NCBI GenBank assembly: GCA_050084515.1
Contig: CM114271.1
Span: 2,480,001 to 2,544,000 of the forward strand
DNA: 64,000 bases
Reading direction: 5' to 3'
Origin: Blasia pusilla
Lineage: Eukaryota
Shown: in pieces, positions 11,520 to 21,990 of the stretch
How the letters are laid out: each line of letters opens with the position of its first letter
How positions within the stretch are numbered: position 1 is the first letter of the stretch
Notes under the pieces: model-generated
Seen by the model: the letters and a program-made list of their open reading frames with translations, nothing else
What the model was told of the DNA's origin: nothing
Databases searched by the model: none
Translations under genes and position numbers: made by a program

Positions 11520-12791
11520 CGAGTAGGGCTGCATTTGGCTCAGAGAGAGCGCATTGTGTGACATGCCCATGAGGAGTTGGGACATTTTGGGGTAAAGCGT
11601 ACGTATAGCTTACTCCTTGGTCAGTATTGGTGGCGTGGCATGCATACTCAAGTGCAATAGTTGGTGTCACGGTATATGGTTTGTGACCGGGTGAGGGCAT
11701 CATTCAATGCCCCTACACACGGTTACACCCCTTGCCTATTATGGGGTTGGGTTACCGTTGGAGTGTGGACTTTGCGGGACCGTTACCGTTGACTGTACGA
11801 CATCATCGATATGTGTTGGTGATGGTGGAGCACTTCTCCAAGTGGATTGAGTTGGTGGCATTACCTGACAAGGCAAGTGAGGGAACGGCGTATGCGTTTC
11901 TTGATAGACAGCTTAGTCTTTGGTGCACCAGCTGAAGTGTTGACCGACCAGGGTACAGAGTTTCAGGTCTTGTGTGACAAGGCATTGATTGATCTTCGGA
12001 CCACGTCTCGAGATCATTGAGAGGCGGATGGTTCGGCTGAGCGTGTGATTCAGACGCTGAAGAGGGCATTGTGCAAGTATGGCCTACAGAAGGGGCATCT
12101 TGGAGATTGGGATATTCAGTTGCCATGGTTAGCCATGGGGTATAGGTTCAGTCGCCAAGCATCCTTGGCTTCCTTCTCACCTTATTTTCTGTTATACGAC
12201 CGAGATCCATACTTGCCCGCAACAATTCGTCGGGAGTCTAGTGAGGTGGTGAACCTTGATGACCCAGAGATGTGGATGAGAGTGTGTTCTGAGCGGGCAG
12301 AGCTCTTTCGGAGAGTTTTGTCAACAGTCTTTGAGAATCTTGCCATTGCTCAACACAGGGATACGTTGCGGTATGCGACCATTCAGGGTGGAGGTTATCG
12401 ACCATCGATTTGTAGGTTCCATGTGGGGGACTATGTCTATTTGCAGCAGATTTCACAAACAATGTTGGATGTGACGGCATGCCGCACTATTTTACGAGTG
12501 CGCGAGGTGTTACCTTCTGGAGTTCTCATGTTGGAGGGTCGTGATGGAGTTGTTTGGAAGGACCATGTGCGTAATTGTGCGCCATGTCATCTTTCAAATG
12601 TGGATGGTAATGTTGACCCAAGCTTAGCCATGATACGTGCTAGCTTGAGGTGCATGTTGTGTGGGTCTGCTGGTAACGCAGCCCGTATGTTGGTGTGTGA
12701 TCGGTGTTCTAGGGGTTGGCACATGATGTGTTTGACTACACGTATGGATGTTGTTCCTACTGGAAGGTGGGTTTGTCCTCGATGTACTTAG
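11520..12791 (+). pseudogene. Gypsy integrase (zinc-binding region, DDE core) with C-terminal PHD finger
   Basis: HEELGHFGVKRT...YWWRGM, WSVDFAGPLP, VLTDQGTEF, AERVIQTLKRAL, FSPYFLLY. C-terminal CMLC-x11-CDRC-x4-H-x2-C-x14-CPRC at 12651-12785. Confidence 0.9.
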
Positions 12792-12954
12792 GAGAGGTAG
12801 ATGACTTGATCTTTGCATGATATGGATTACAGATGTGCGACTAACGATGGGGCAACCTAGCACCTGGCCTTCTGATTCACGCACCCACGAAGGTGTATAG
12901 CATGTAGTAGATGTATAGGGCTACCTGGGAGTTAGAGGGACCTAACCGCCAGTT

Positions 12955-13190
12955 AGGGGGGGCGAGTTGTGGTACACTTTTGTTTTTGTATGCTCTTGTC
13001 TATGTTATGTATGTATGTGAGTATGGTATGTCAGCAATGTATGTTGTATGACGATGTGGATCGCACGACAGGTAGGAACTAGTCAACGTGGGTGGAGGAT
13101 AGTGGGATAGGTACCGGGAAGGATTGGTAGTGGATTGGTTGGGGACGGGTATAGGAAGGAAGAAGACACGAAAGGCACTCGAGGGTCCCA
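12955..13190 (+). repeat. Polypurine tract and putative 3' LTR of Gypsy element 1
   Basis: AGGGGGGGCGAG at 12955-12966, then TG at 12968. Candidate CA end at 13190 or 13198. The sequence just before the tract is homologous to 49021-49066. Confidence 0.6.
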
Positions 13191-14850
13191 CTTCTACAAA
13201 TATGCCCCATCACGTGGGACAAAATAAGGGGTTTTTTAATTGTGTCCCTCAGAAGACTTATTGAGTTTTTTGGAAGAACAATAAGGTTTAATTTATTCCA
13301 TGGCGCTCTTAAAAGAACAATAGGGTCTTTATATTAGTTTCTCTTCCATGGAAGACGTTCACATAAGATAGGGTTAATACTCATAAAATACATATAATAC
13401 ACATTTTTTGCATAATATTTATTTATGTTTATTTCAAATCTAATTTTATATAATAATTTTCCTCCCTAGGTAGGAAATTCTTTGATTCTTTGCACAGAAA
13501 TTTAGAGGGAAAAAGAATCATTTTTTTAAATGGTTTCCCCCCCTTAACCATTTTTCGAGTATTTCTCTCGAGTACACTTGAGCCGGGTTTGGGTTTAAGG
13601 GAAAACTTCCAAGGAAAGACAAACATCCCCCACTCAAAAGAAGAGCTTGCAAGCAAGTTGCACGGGGATTGTAGGGAGGTTTGATGATCGAGCAAGTTTC
13701 GATCAATCATCTATCAAGTTCTTCCCGAAAAGCCGCCAGGTTGAAAAGCTTTCTTTGATCCGTGATGACAAACACCTACTTGTAAAGTAGCTCAAGGCAT
13801 TTTTTTTTTCAATTGGATCTACATCCTGCGATACTAGAACCTCGTACGGATGGAGTGTGCTTCTCTGGATACATTCGTGTATGTCTATCATTTTGGCTTA
13901 TTGTTGAAGTTGATTCGCCATTTTTTGGGCTGATTCAGGTCAACATGTGAACTCTCTCTCTCTTTTGATTCAGATTTGGTCTTGGGAGGAATCAAATTTG
14001 GCCATGAACGAGGGATATTTGCAACCTAATGCCCCCAACAAAAATCTTCCTCTCCTTGCCATCTCTTTCTGCACTCTTGTGCTTCTCCATGGAGCTACCA
14101 TGCCTGCCTCTTGTAATGCCACCATGCGCCCCTCAGATGAGCATCCAACTGCAGTATTCAGTTGCACCCATAGTTTTTCAACACGAAATGTGTGGTTGAA
14201 AGGTGAAACCAATGTTGTCTCTTGTGGAAAATTCTGTATAGAGTGATTAGCGAATCAAATTTTGCTGCTTGTTTCCAATCATATTTTAATCTTTGAGCTC
14301 TCCTGAAACACTTGAAAATTCGCAACTCTTTGTGAGCGTGGTTGTCAAGCCAAAGTGACTATTGTGGTGATTCCCCATGCAATAGTGCCTACTGTAACTT
14401 ATGAGGGCAAGATTATCTATAAATCCACCCTTGTAAATTAGTTATCTTACAATCCTTTTATGTCAAAGGACATGCTAACTCGAATAGCCCAAAAGATGTA
14501 TTACACTACTGGCAAGGGAAAGGAGCGGGATCCTAATTCCCCAACTAGTTTGGTTGATGTTGGTAGTGATATCGCAAGTTTTTTTGAATCTACAGCAGAC
14601 ATTCACAAGATCAACAAAGTCAAAGAAAAGGAAGGGAAAATAGACACAACTTGTACTGGAGGCAAGAGTTACAAAAATGGAATATTGGTTGGGGCGTATT
14701 GTGTTTATGATTCAACAGAATGGTTCACATTGGTCAAGACATCGTAGGGCCTTGGACTTGTTGGACATGCTTGTACCTCCTCGTCAACACAAGGGAAGCA
14801 TTTTTTGTGTCATGTGTAATTGGTACACTGATGAATTGTGAGTAGGTTAG

Positions 14851-15240
14851 TGCGAGTAGAGTAGAGTAGATTTTTAGTCCACGGGAAGCTGATTTGGCTT
14901 ATGGGACCCCTTCCACATATGTGAAATTGACATTGCATCCGACGGGCACCTTCACAACTAGATTTTGGGTTCTCACTCAAGAGATTTGGTCTTTGTTTTT
15001 CTTTGTTTTTCTTTGTGAAGGCTTGGAATTTTATCCAGATTTTTAACCTGGGAGCATAGTCAAGGCACACAAGGCGTTATCTCTCTCGAACATGGACCAT
15101 CCATGCCCTAGGTAGGGGACGCCACTGCCCTGGGGTTGAGACCGCCCCCCACTGTCCAAGGGGAGAGTTGAACCCAAGACCTCTTCAAGAGGACCTTACG
15201 TTTGTTCAGCTAACCTCTTGGTCATCTACCGCTTGGGAGG
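14851..15240 (-). mobile_element. tRNA-derived SINE, full-length copy
   Basis: On the minus strand: A-box-like TGACCAAGAGG (15214-15224), B-box-like GGGTTCAACTCTCC (15162-15175) and a (TCTAC)n tail at 14854-14870. Flanked by near-identical 11-mers GAGTAGGTTAG (14840-14850) and GAGTAGGCTAG (15241-15251). A second copy lies at 27260-27572. Confidence 0.75.
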
Positions 15241-16369
15241 GAGTAGGCTAGGGGGATGACACATTGGCTGATTGAGCTTCTTGCTCAATTAGGGGTTGAA
15301 TCCCCTCTATCATAGTGTAAGGACAACATGTTGGATATTAATTTACCTTGGTATTTTATTTTCTTTCAAGGCCTTATTTATTTCAAGTGATTGCTTTACT
15401 TAAAGAATTTTAGGGGTACCAAAAATTTAAAATGATTCTTTTAAAGTACATAAGAGTGAGGAAAAAAGTTTTTCACTTATAAGTTAGGGGTCTAGGTCCT
15501 AAAACGTTGTAGGTGATGTAGAGTCTTTCATATAGTGACCCCCCTAGGAAAGGCGAGGGATACTACCAATTCACGTATGAAAATACCTACTGTTGGGAAT
15601 TTTCTCCATAAAATAAGTCTTCCTATAAGATGGACTGAAGTTTATGGATTCATCGAAGTTCGAGAAAACCAAATTTTTGTGTGTGACCTTATTTCTACAT
15701 CTACTTTAAAACCACATATGCCCATATGTTGCATAAATAAGGCTCAAATCAAAAGTGAATGGCAAAATTATGAAGCAAATTAAACTAAAAGTATGTAAGA
15801 GATTATGAGGTCAAAAAATATTGATGTTCTAAGATGAGCAAAGTTATGGATAAAAAATGCTTGTAGATAATTTTAGGGGAAAAAATTAATATTCCTAAAA
15901 TATAGGATCAAATTAATGTGGAAGAATACGAAAGATGGATGTAGGTAAAGAGCATAAGCAACCAATACTATGGATGAATTTTGATTGAACACACAAACAA
16001 GTGTATAACAATCTCCTCCAAGAAAGTCGAGAGGAATTCCAAAATAGATGAGGCCTTCAAATGTTGGAATTAATTGATAGCACAATATTTCTTCATAGAT
16101 GAATTAGATAATCTTGTAATTTTATTTACATGCTCTATTTTTTATTCCTGCAAGAATATTTTTGGTAATTTCAATATTAGAAGTTGTTACTTAGCTTCCC
16201 TTATTCAAAAGGCTAAACAACTCAAATCCTTCCAATCTTGTTGGATCATAAGTGTGGTAATATTGATTGATACTAACCATCCTTATGTGTTGAATGTATC
16301 TTATAGCAAGTAATTTCTCAGATGGTGGAATAAACAACATCAAGGTCGAGATTTTATACGATTTTTAAG

Positions 16370-16928
16370 CAGGGTTACATACGAACAAAGTTTGTGTCCG
16401 CGGACTTATGTCCGTCCTATGGACGGACATGTCTGCGCAGGCCTCGATACGAGCGGAGTGTACTTGAGCCCACGCAAGAGCCCCCAACGTAGATCCGAGC
16501 TGACAGAGCGCGCACACGTTGCGTCACCCGCGGTAGGCTTGCAACCAAGCCCGGAGGGCAAGGTTGCACGAAAACGGACGAGTTCTGACATGCCGAGCCC
16601 ATATCCGAGTTTGCATGGAGCCCGCATTGGTTGCGAGACGGATGCGGGCTCTGGGCCGGCTTGGAGGCGGGCTCGGGTGCGGGCCCTGGATACCCAGTCC
16701 TATGGACAAACATGTCCGTCCATAGGACAGACATAAGTCTGCGGACACGGACTTTGTCCGTGTGCAACCTTGGCGTAGGGCGGGTTGGGGCCCGCGCAAG
16801 GCCTGCATGGCAGGCTGGATCTTGCGGGCCACGCAATGGGTGTGGACTTCGTGAGCCCGGGTCTACGCGGCAGGCTCTGGTGCAGGCTCGAGCATGTCCG
16901 TGGACTTGTCCGTTTCTATGCAACATTG
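16370..16928 (-). mobile_element. hAT-type MITE (outer copy), TIR consensus CAAGGTTGCAC
   Basis: Ends CAGGGTTACAT and ATGCAACATTG. Perfect 8-bp TSD TTTTTAAG at 16362-16369 and 16929-16936. Confidence 0.85.
16559..16772 (+). mobile_element. hAT-type MITE of the same family nested inside the outer copy in opposite orientation
   Basis: Perfect TIR CAAGGTTGCAC/GTGCAACCTTG. 8-bp flanks CCGGAGGG and GCGTAGGG (6/8). Confidence 0.8.
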
Positions 16929-18409
16929 TTTTTAAGATCACGTTAAGGATAGGATTTTGGTATATCACTATTTTCTCGTGTCTTGAAATTTGGATGGAAG
17001 CTAAAGAAATTGCATCTCTTAGACTCAATTACTAAAAAGGATGAACTTTTGATTCGTCATAAGAGACTATAATTTTAGATTTAACTTTTTTATCCAATTT
17101 TTTTTGTTAATTATAATTTCACACAGGTCTTTATTTCATGGCACATTACTCCAAAGTACCTTCAACCTTAAATTGAATATTCCCCATTTTACACAACTAC
17201 AAATTGAATTCTATGGAGAAGAATGACATTCTTATAGCATTTGGTATATATCCAATAATTTATAGTAGATTCGGCTTTGAATTCTATAGGTAAGTGTCCA
17301 ATATTTTAGACTTCAAAGATGATATCACCTTATACTATCTACCCACTAAAAGGATTAGATGTTTATCCAAAAAATATTTGTCGTGTGCAGTCAATTTCAT
17401 CCCATCTGAATATCCTTATGAAAATATCAATTCAAAATTTACCAAAGAATCGTTTTCTAGTTTTGACTGCAATAACTTGAAGTGCGCTTACAATAGACTT
17501 GCGAATGGGATTTCCAATATGGCTCACAAATAGATTGCAAATTATGGCTATCAAGAGTCATACTTTACGACTATAGGGCCTCTTACTTGAGTTACAAGAG
17601 ACTCAAAAGTGGAATACTTGGATTTGAAAATTGGAAATTATCTTATAATTGCTTATAAAAAGCACTTCTTAGTGGCCTAGGGTCCTTATTTCATGCTTGT
17701 GATCTTGCTTGGTGACAAGGGAGATAGAGAGTACCTTGGAGATTCAAAAGGGGAAAAATAATTATCTCTAATGAGAGTGTAATGAGATGCAAGAGGTTTT
17801 ATTTTCATTGGTTCTTTCGGCAAGAGGTGTCTACTCGCCTCCTGTATGTGCACCAAATGAAATTCAAATGATACTTCAAACTATGAATATTGTGTTGGGC
17901 TTGATAGTAAGGACAAGATTGGAAGAATTCAAACCCAAGTCGAGCACACAAAAAAGTTAAAAAGGAGGAAGTTGAAATGAAGAAGTATTGTGCTAAGGTA
18001 CGCACAATATGGATGGTAGAGATGATGATGGATTTAGGCCTAAGGAAGAATAAAAATCAAGGCATTTTTTTATCATGAGTGATAAAAAAATTGAGTACTA
18101 TATGAATGTAAGGTACCTTAGAGACTTCAATGATTGCACACATAAATTATCCATTGTATTGTAACAAAAATGTGTTAAACTCAAAATGCATTGTGTTATG
18201 TGTGTCATTCTACATTGTGACCCAAAATGTCCCTTTTTTGCGTAGCGTGTCAACTCCTAGGGATGAGTGTTATAACAGACTCCGACCTAAAAAGAGAAGG
18301 GTGATTAGTGGAGAAATAATGCTCCACTTGTAAGGGAAAGATGAAGGGTTCATAAATCTCTCTATCTTCTTGTTGGTGGAATTGTGTGTCCATCCTAACA
18401 CACGTTTAT

Positions 18410-18908
18410 TAACGTTGCAAAAAAATGGACTTGTTTGTCTATGGAATGGAAATGCCCAATAGATATCCCACCCAAGTTTTTTTGATATCCGAGTCGCCCG
18501 GGAAGGATTCGGACGTGGGAATAGGTGTATGCTTAGATTAGGAGATATGGGCAAGGGTCGAACGGATGTGTGGGCTATGAGGCTGCATATGGTGCATATT
18601 GAGCCTGCATGTGGCCGCATCCAGCCTGTAGTGGGCTAGGCGGGCTCAATGCAGGCCATGTGTAGGATTGATGTGGGCCTTTGTGGTGAGGCACGGGCTA
18701 TGAAATGGGGTGGAAAAACGGAAGGTGGGTTGTTGGTCTAGGGTATGGGCTAGCCAAGCCATGTCTATGTTGAGGGTGGGATGGGCGTGGGTGTAGGTGT
18801 AGGCGATGGGAATCTAGGCTTGCATGGACATGTTTGTCCTTGGGATAAACATAAGTTCACGTGCATGAACATATCGGGGGACACTGACCTTGTCTATCTG
18901 CAACCTTG
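18410..18908 (+). mobile_element. hAT-type MITE, same family, older copy
   Basis: Ends TAACGTTGCA and TGCAACCTTG. Flanks ACGTTTAT and ATGGTTAT (6/8). Subterminal sequence resembles the other copies. Confidence 0.7.
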
Positions 18909-18949
18909 ATGGTTATACCATAATCTATTAATCACCCCATGATAATAGA

Positions 18950-21050
18950 GGGTGTAGGGCTATGAAAATATGTTTAGAGTGATCTGCATAAGAGAGGGAT
19001 ACATGCCCTATTGTATTCCTCCATTCAAAACCTGTATGATTGATATTCTTCAACGACATTGTGTTGGAGAGGATATAGCAAATTTCCCTACGTTGGACCT
19101 TGATCTTGTGGAGAGATTCATCGGCCCTCATTGATGCTTAATCATTCATGCAACTATGAGGGGATGGTTCGCATTTTCATATCAAGGATTTGGACGAGTG
19201 ATGTACACATAGTATGTTGTACTTTGGAGCAAGAGTTGCACTGTTGCACGCATCCAACCACGACACAAATATTGATGGAGGGGACCTCCCATACCTTGGA
19301 GTGTTAGAGGAGATATTAGGGTTGGACTTCCACAAGTGCTTTCTTTGCCTTTCAATGTCATCGTGCCAATGGCATTTGTCATGAATAAGTTATTCGTAAG
19401 AACAAATATTTGTTTGTGGGAGTGGCACATGCCGATCAAATGTACCCTTGTAAAGGCCCCATATGCTCTCTCCTTATTGTCATTATTACTCTCCTCATCA
19501 TCCATTGTCCCATGTGCATGTGCAAGAGGTGTGGCAATATGAAGGCAAACCAAAAACTTTAACGTGTGGAATATGACCTCATCTAATATGTATCCCTCTT
19601 CCATAAAACCCTCTACTCAAGCTTGGGTTTTTTTTATCAAGCCCTTCAATCGACGTATTCACAAAATACATTCATCTATATTACATACATCCTACTATGC
19701 CAAACTCTTTGGCCAAATGGATAAGCCAATAACTCTTCTAGATCATGAATTAGGGTGGAAAGTCACTCTCGAAGCATATGACAACTACAACTGCACCCAT
19801 CTCCAAATGGTTGTAATACTCAAAAGGTATCTCTATGCTACTCGCCCATCTATCCGTGGAGATCGCATCATTGCATCAAGGTTATAAAACCATATTAGTT
19901 TCTTACAATTGCATGAATGTTTGGGGTTTTCCTTGGTGCTTGAGATTGCACAGAAACGGATAAGTTTGGACATGCCGCTCGGGTACCCACGGCCCATATC
20001 CAAGCATGTCCCTGAGCGCGTTGAGCCTGTAGCATAGACCTCGGGTTCGAGCTATGCTACGGGCTCAAAGGCGGACTCCAGGGCGGATACCTGGGCCCGC
20101 ACGGACATGTTCATCCTAGGGACGGACATAAGTTTGCGAACATGGACTTGTTCGCATGCAACCCTGTTGGTGGCCCAATAGGGTTAAGCGTTACCTCAAA
20201 CAAGTTATCAACCCACATATAGCCTCCTTGAGACGTGGCGATGCATAGTTTTGCATTGATATGAGTATTGTGTTATGCATCAATTGGTGGAGGTTATGGA
20301 TCTTTAGTCTCTTATTGAAACTCCTCATGTCTTGATCCAAAAAGGACGTTCGCAATTATGCACCATACAATAATCTTTAACTTTGTTTCTCCTAAGAGTC
20401 CTACCCAATACCTCTGTAGACTTACCACTAAGGACTGTATAAGGACATCCACATATGGTACTCTACTAAACGACCTGTCAACTCCACGAAGCCATGTATG
20501 TTGGGAACAATTTATACATCCTTAAATATTCAAATTTGAGGTTGCATACCCTCGCTATAGAACTGTTAACTCAAAGGCCAACATGAGGTGCCTAAGTGCT
20601 CAACATTGGCTAGTGGACTGCAATCTTGGGGGAGGCATTGGTAGCATGGGCATGGATTAGAGAAACAACTTTAAGGTCTTCTGGAAAAGCACACAAATAT
20701 TCATCCCTATTATCTTGAAAGGCTCCACTAGCATTGACTCATATGTTTTGGAGGATGTATTTCCAATACATACCCAAGTAACCATACATACATACCATTA
20801 ATTACACGTGTACACACATGCATCCAAGTACTTACTCAACAAGATAAATCTCGTGGCTAAAAATCAATGGACAAAAAAATCATCACAATCAAGGCTTCTA
20901 TGGGGATTATTACTTAATTGGGATCCATATGGTCTGGGTAGTATTACCCCACGACGGGCATTCGCCCATCATGCTATCAACCTTCTATTTATGTACATAC
21001 CTTTGCATATGACATCACGTGCATGGATTGAACACCTTCCCATGTAAGGA
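18950..21050 (-). pseudogene. Highly degenerate CACTA-type transposase relic
   Basis: RLKGLIKKTQA*VEGFMEEGYILDE around 19580-19660 resembles the DUF4218 motif LKGYVR..ARPEGSMAEGYI.EE also seen at 28.9 kb. Otherwise stop-ridden and interrupted by a MITE. Confidence 0.5.
19941..20166 (+). mobile_element. hAT-type MITE, same family
   Basis: Ends TGAGATTGCAC and ATGCAACCCTG. Flanks TTGGTGCT and TTGGTGGC (6/8). Confidence 0.72.
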
Positions 21051-21476
21051 TTCTTCAAAACTTGCCTTAGTAAGCCTATGAGACATAAGTAACCTCAAGA
21101 GACGCATATGCATAGTACTAGTACAAGTTTTTGGCTTCTTGGGTGTGCTCTCACTCAAGGATCCTACGATACTTGTGAGGTAATACTAGAGGGGTCCACA
21201 TCACACCCACATGTGGTAAGTAAGACATAACCTTACAGGACTCCATCTTACACAAGGAGTTGGCATAACAAGGAGCTAAGGAAGGAACAGAGGGAGCAGG
21301 TAGATTGACAACAATTGGTGGAAGTGGGGCGTTCACCGTAGATGCCCAGGGGGACTCTACAAATGTAGTAGTGCATGGAATCTGGCTAAAATCCCCGAAG
21401 TAAAAATTTAATTGGTTATAAGTGAATATACAAAGCTAGAGTTGTGAAGAAAGGCTACTCTTAAGAGTATTAGATT

Positions 21477-21990
21477 GAAGGTTGCACACGGACTTATATC
21501 CCTCCCTAGGTAGAACATATTTGTACGGGCTTGGATACTTGTTGCTCGCATCTGAGTCGATCCTGCCCGTAACGTAGATTTGGGCTTGGCCAACCCAAAC
21601 CAAAGTCGCCCATTCTTGCCACCTGTTTTGTAGCCCACACATGCCTGTAGGGTGGTCTAGGCCACCATAGTGCCCGCACAGTGGACTAGGCATATCGTCA
21701 TGGTTGCACAAAAACGGGCAAATCTACCCCTAGGACGGACATGGATCGAAAAAGGTAGGGGATCTTATAGCTTGTGGTGGAAGGCAAGGAAGGCGGAGCA
21801 ATAAGAAAGGAGGAAGTGGCGACAGAGAAGGAAAATGCCAAAAATGGAAGCAAGTAGGGGATATGAGGAAGAAAGGGAAGGTGGGGCCCACATGGACAAG
21901 TCCTTCCATCCATCCGCACATCCATTCAATCCTTGTCAACCTGCCTTAATCTGAGCCTCCACCCGTTCCAACATTTCCAGGCGGGCTATT
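21477..21990. mobile_element. Truncated or composite copies of the same MITE family
   Basis: TIR-like starts GAAGGTTGCAC at 21477 and CATGGTTGCAC at 21699. Segment 21940-21990 resembles 36640-36715. No closing TIR found. Confidence 0.5.

Larger units (their letters stand above)
4100..13190 (+). mobile_element. Ty3/Gypsy LTR retrotransposon, degenerate; domain order gag - protease - C5 DNA methyltransferase - RT - (RNase H deleted) - integrase - PHD
   Basis: Domains seen in manual translation, with integrase after RT (Gypsy order). Polypurine tract at 12955-12966 followed by TG at 12968. The 5' boundary is inferred only from a composition shift; no matching 5' LTR was found. Confidence 0.9.

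Noticed and set aside
15160-15240. Functional tRNA gene
   Set aside because: Only A/B-box-like motifs, no convincing cloverleaf, and attached to a repeated body and tail, so treated as a SINE head.
16392-17035. Overlapping 100-200 aa ORFs on both strands
   Set aside because: By-product of GC-rich nested MITEs; no protein motif.
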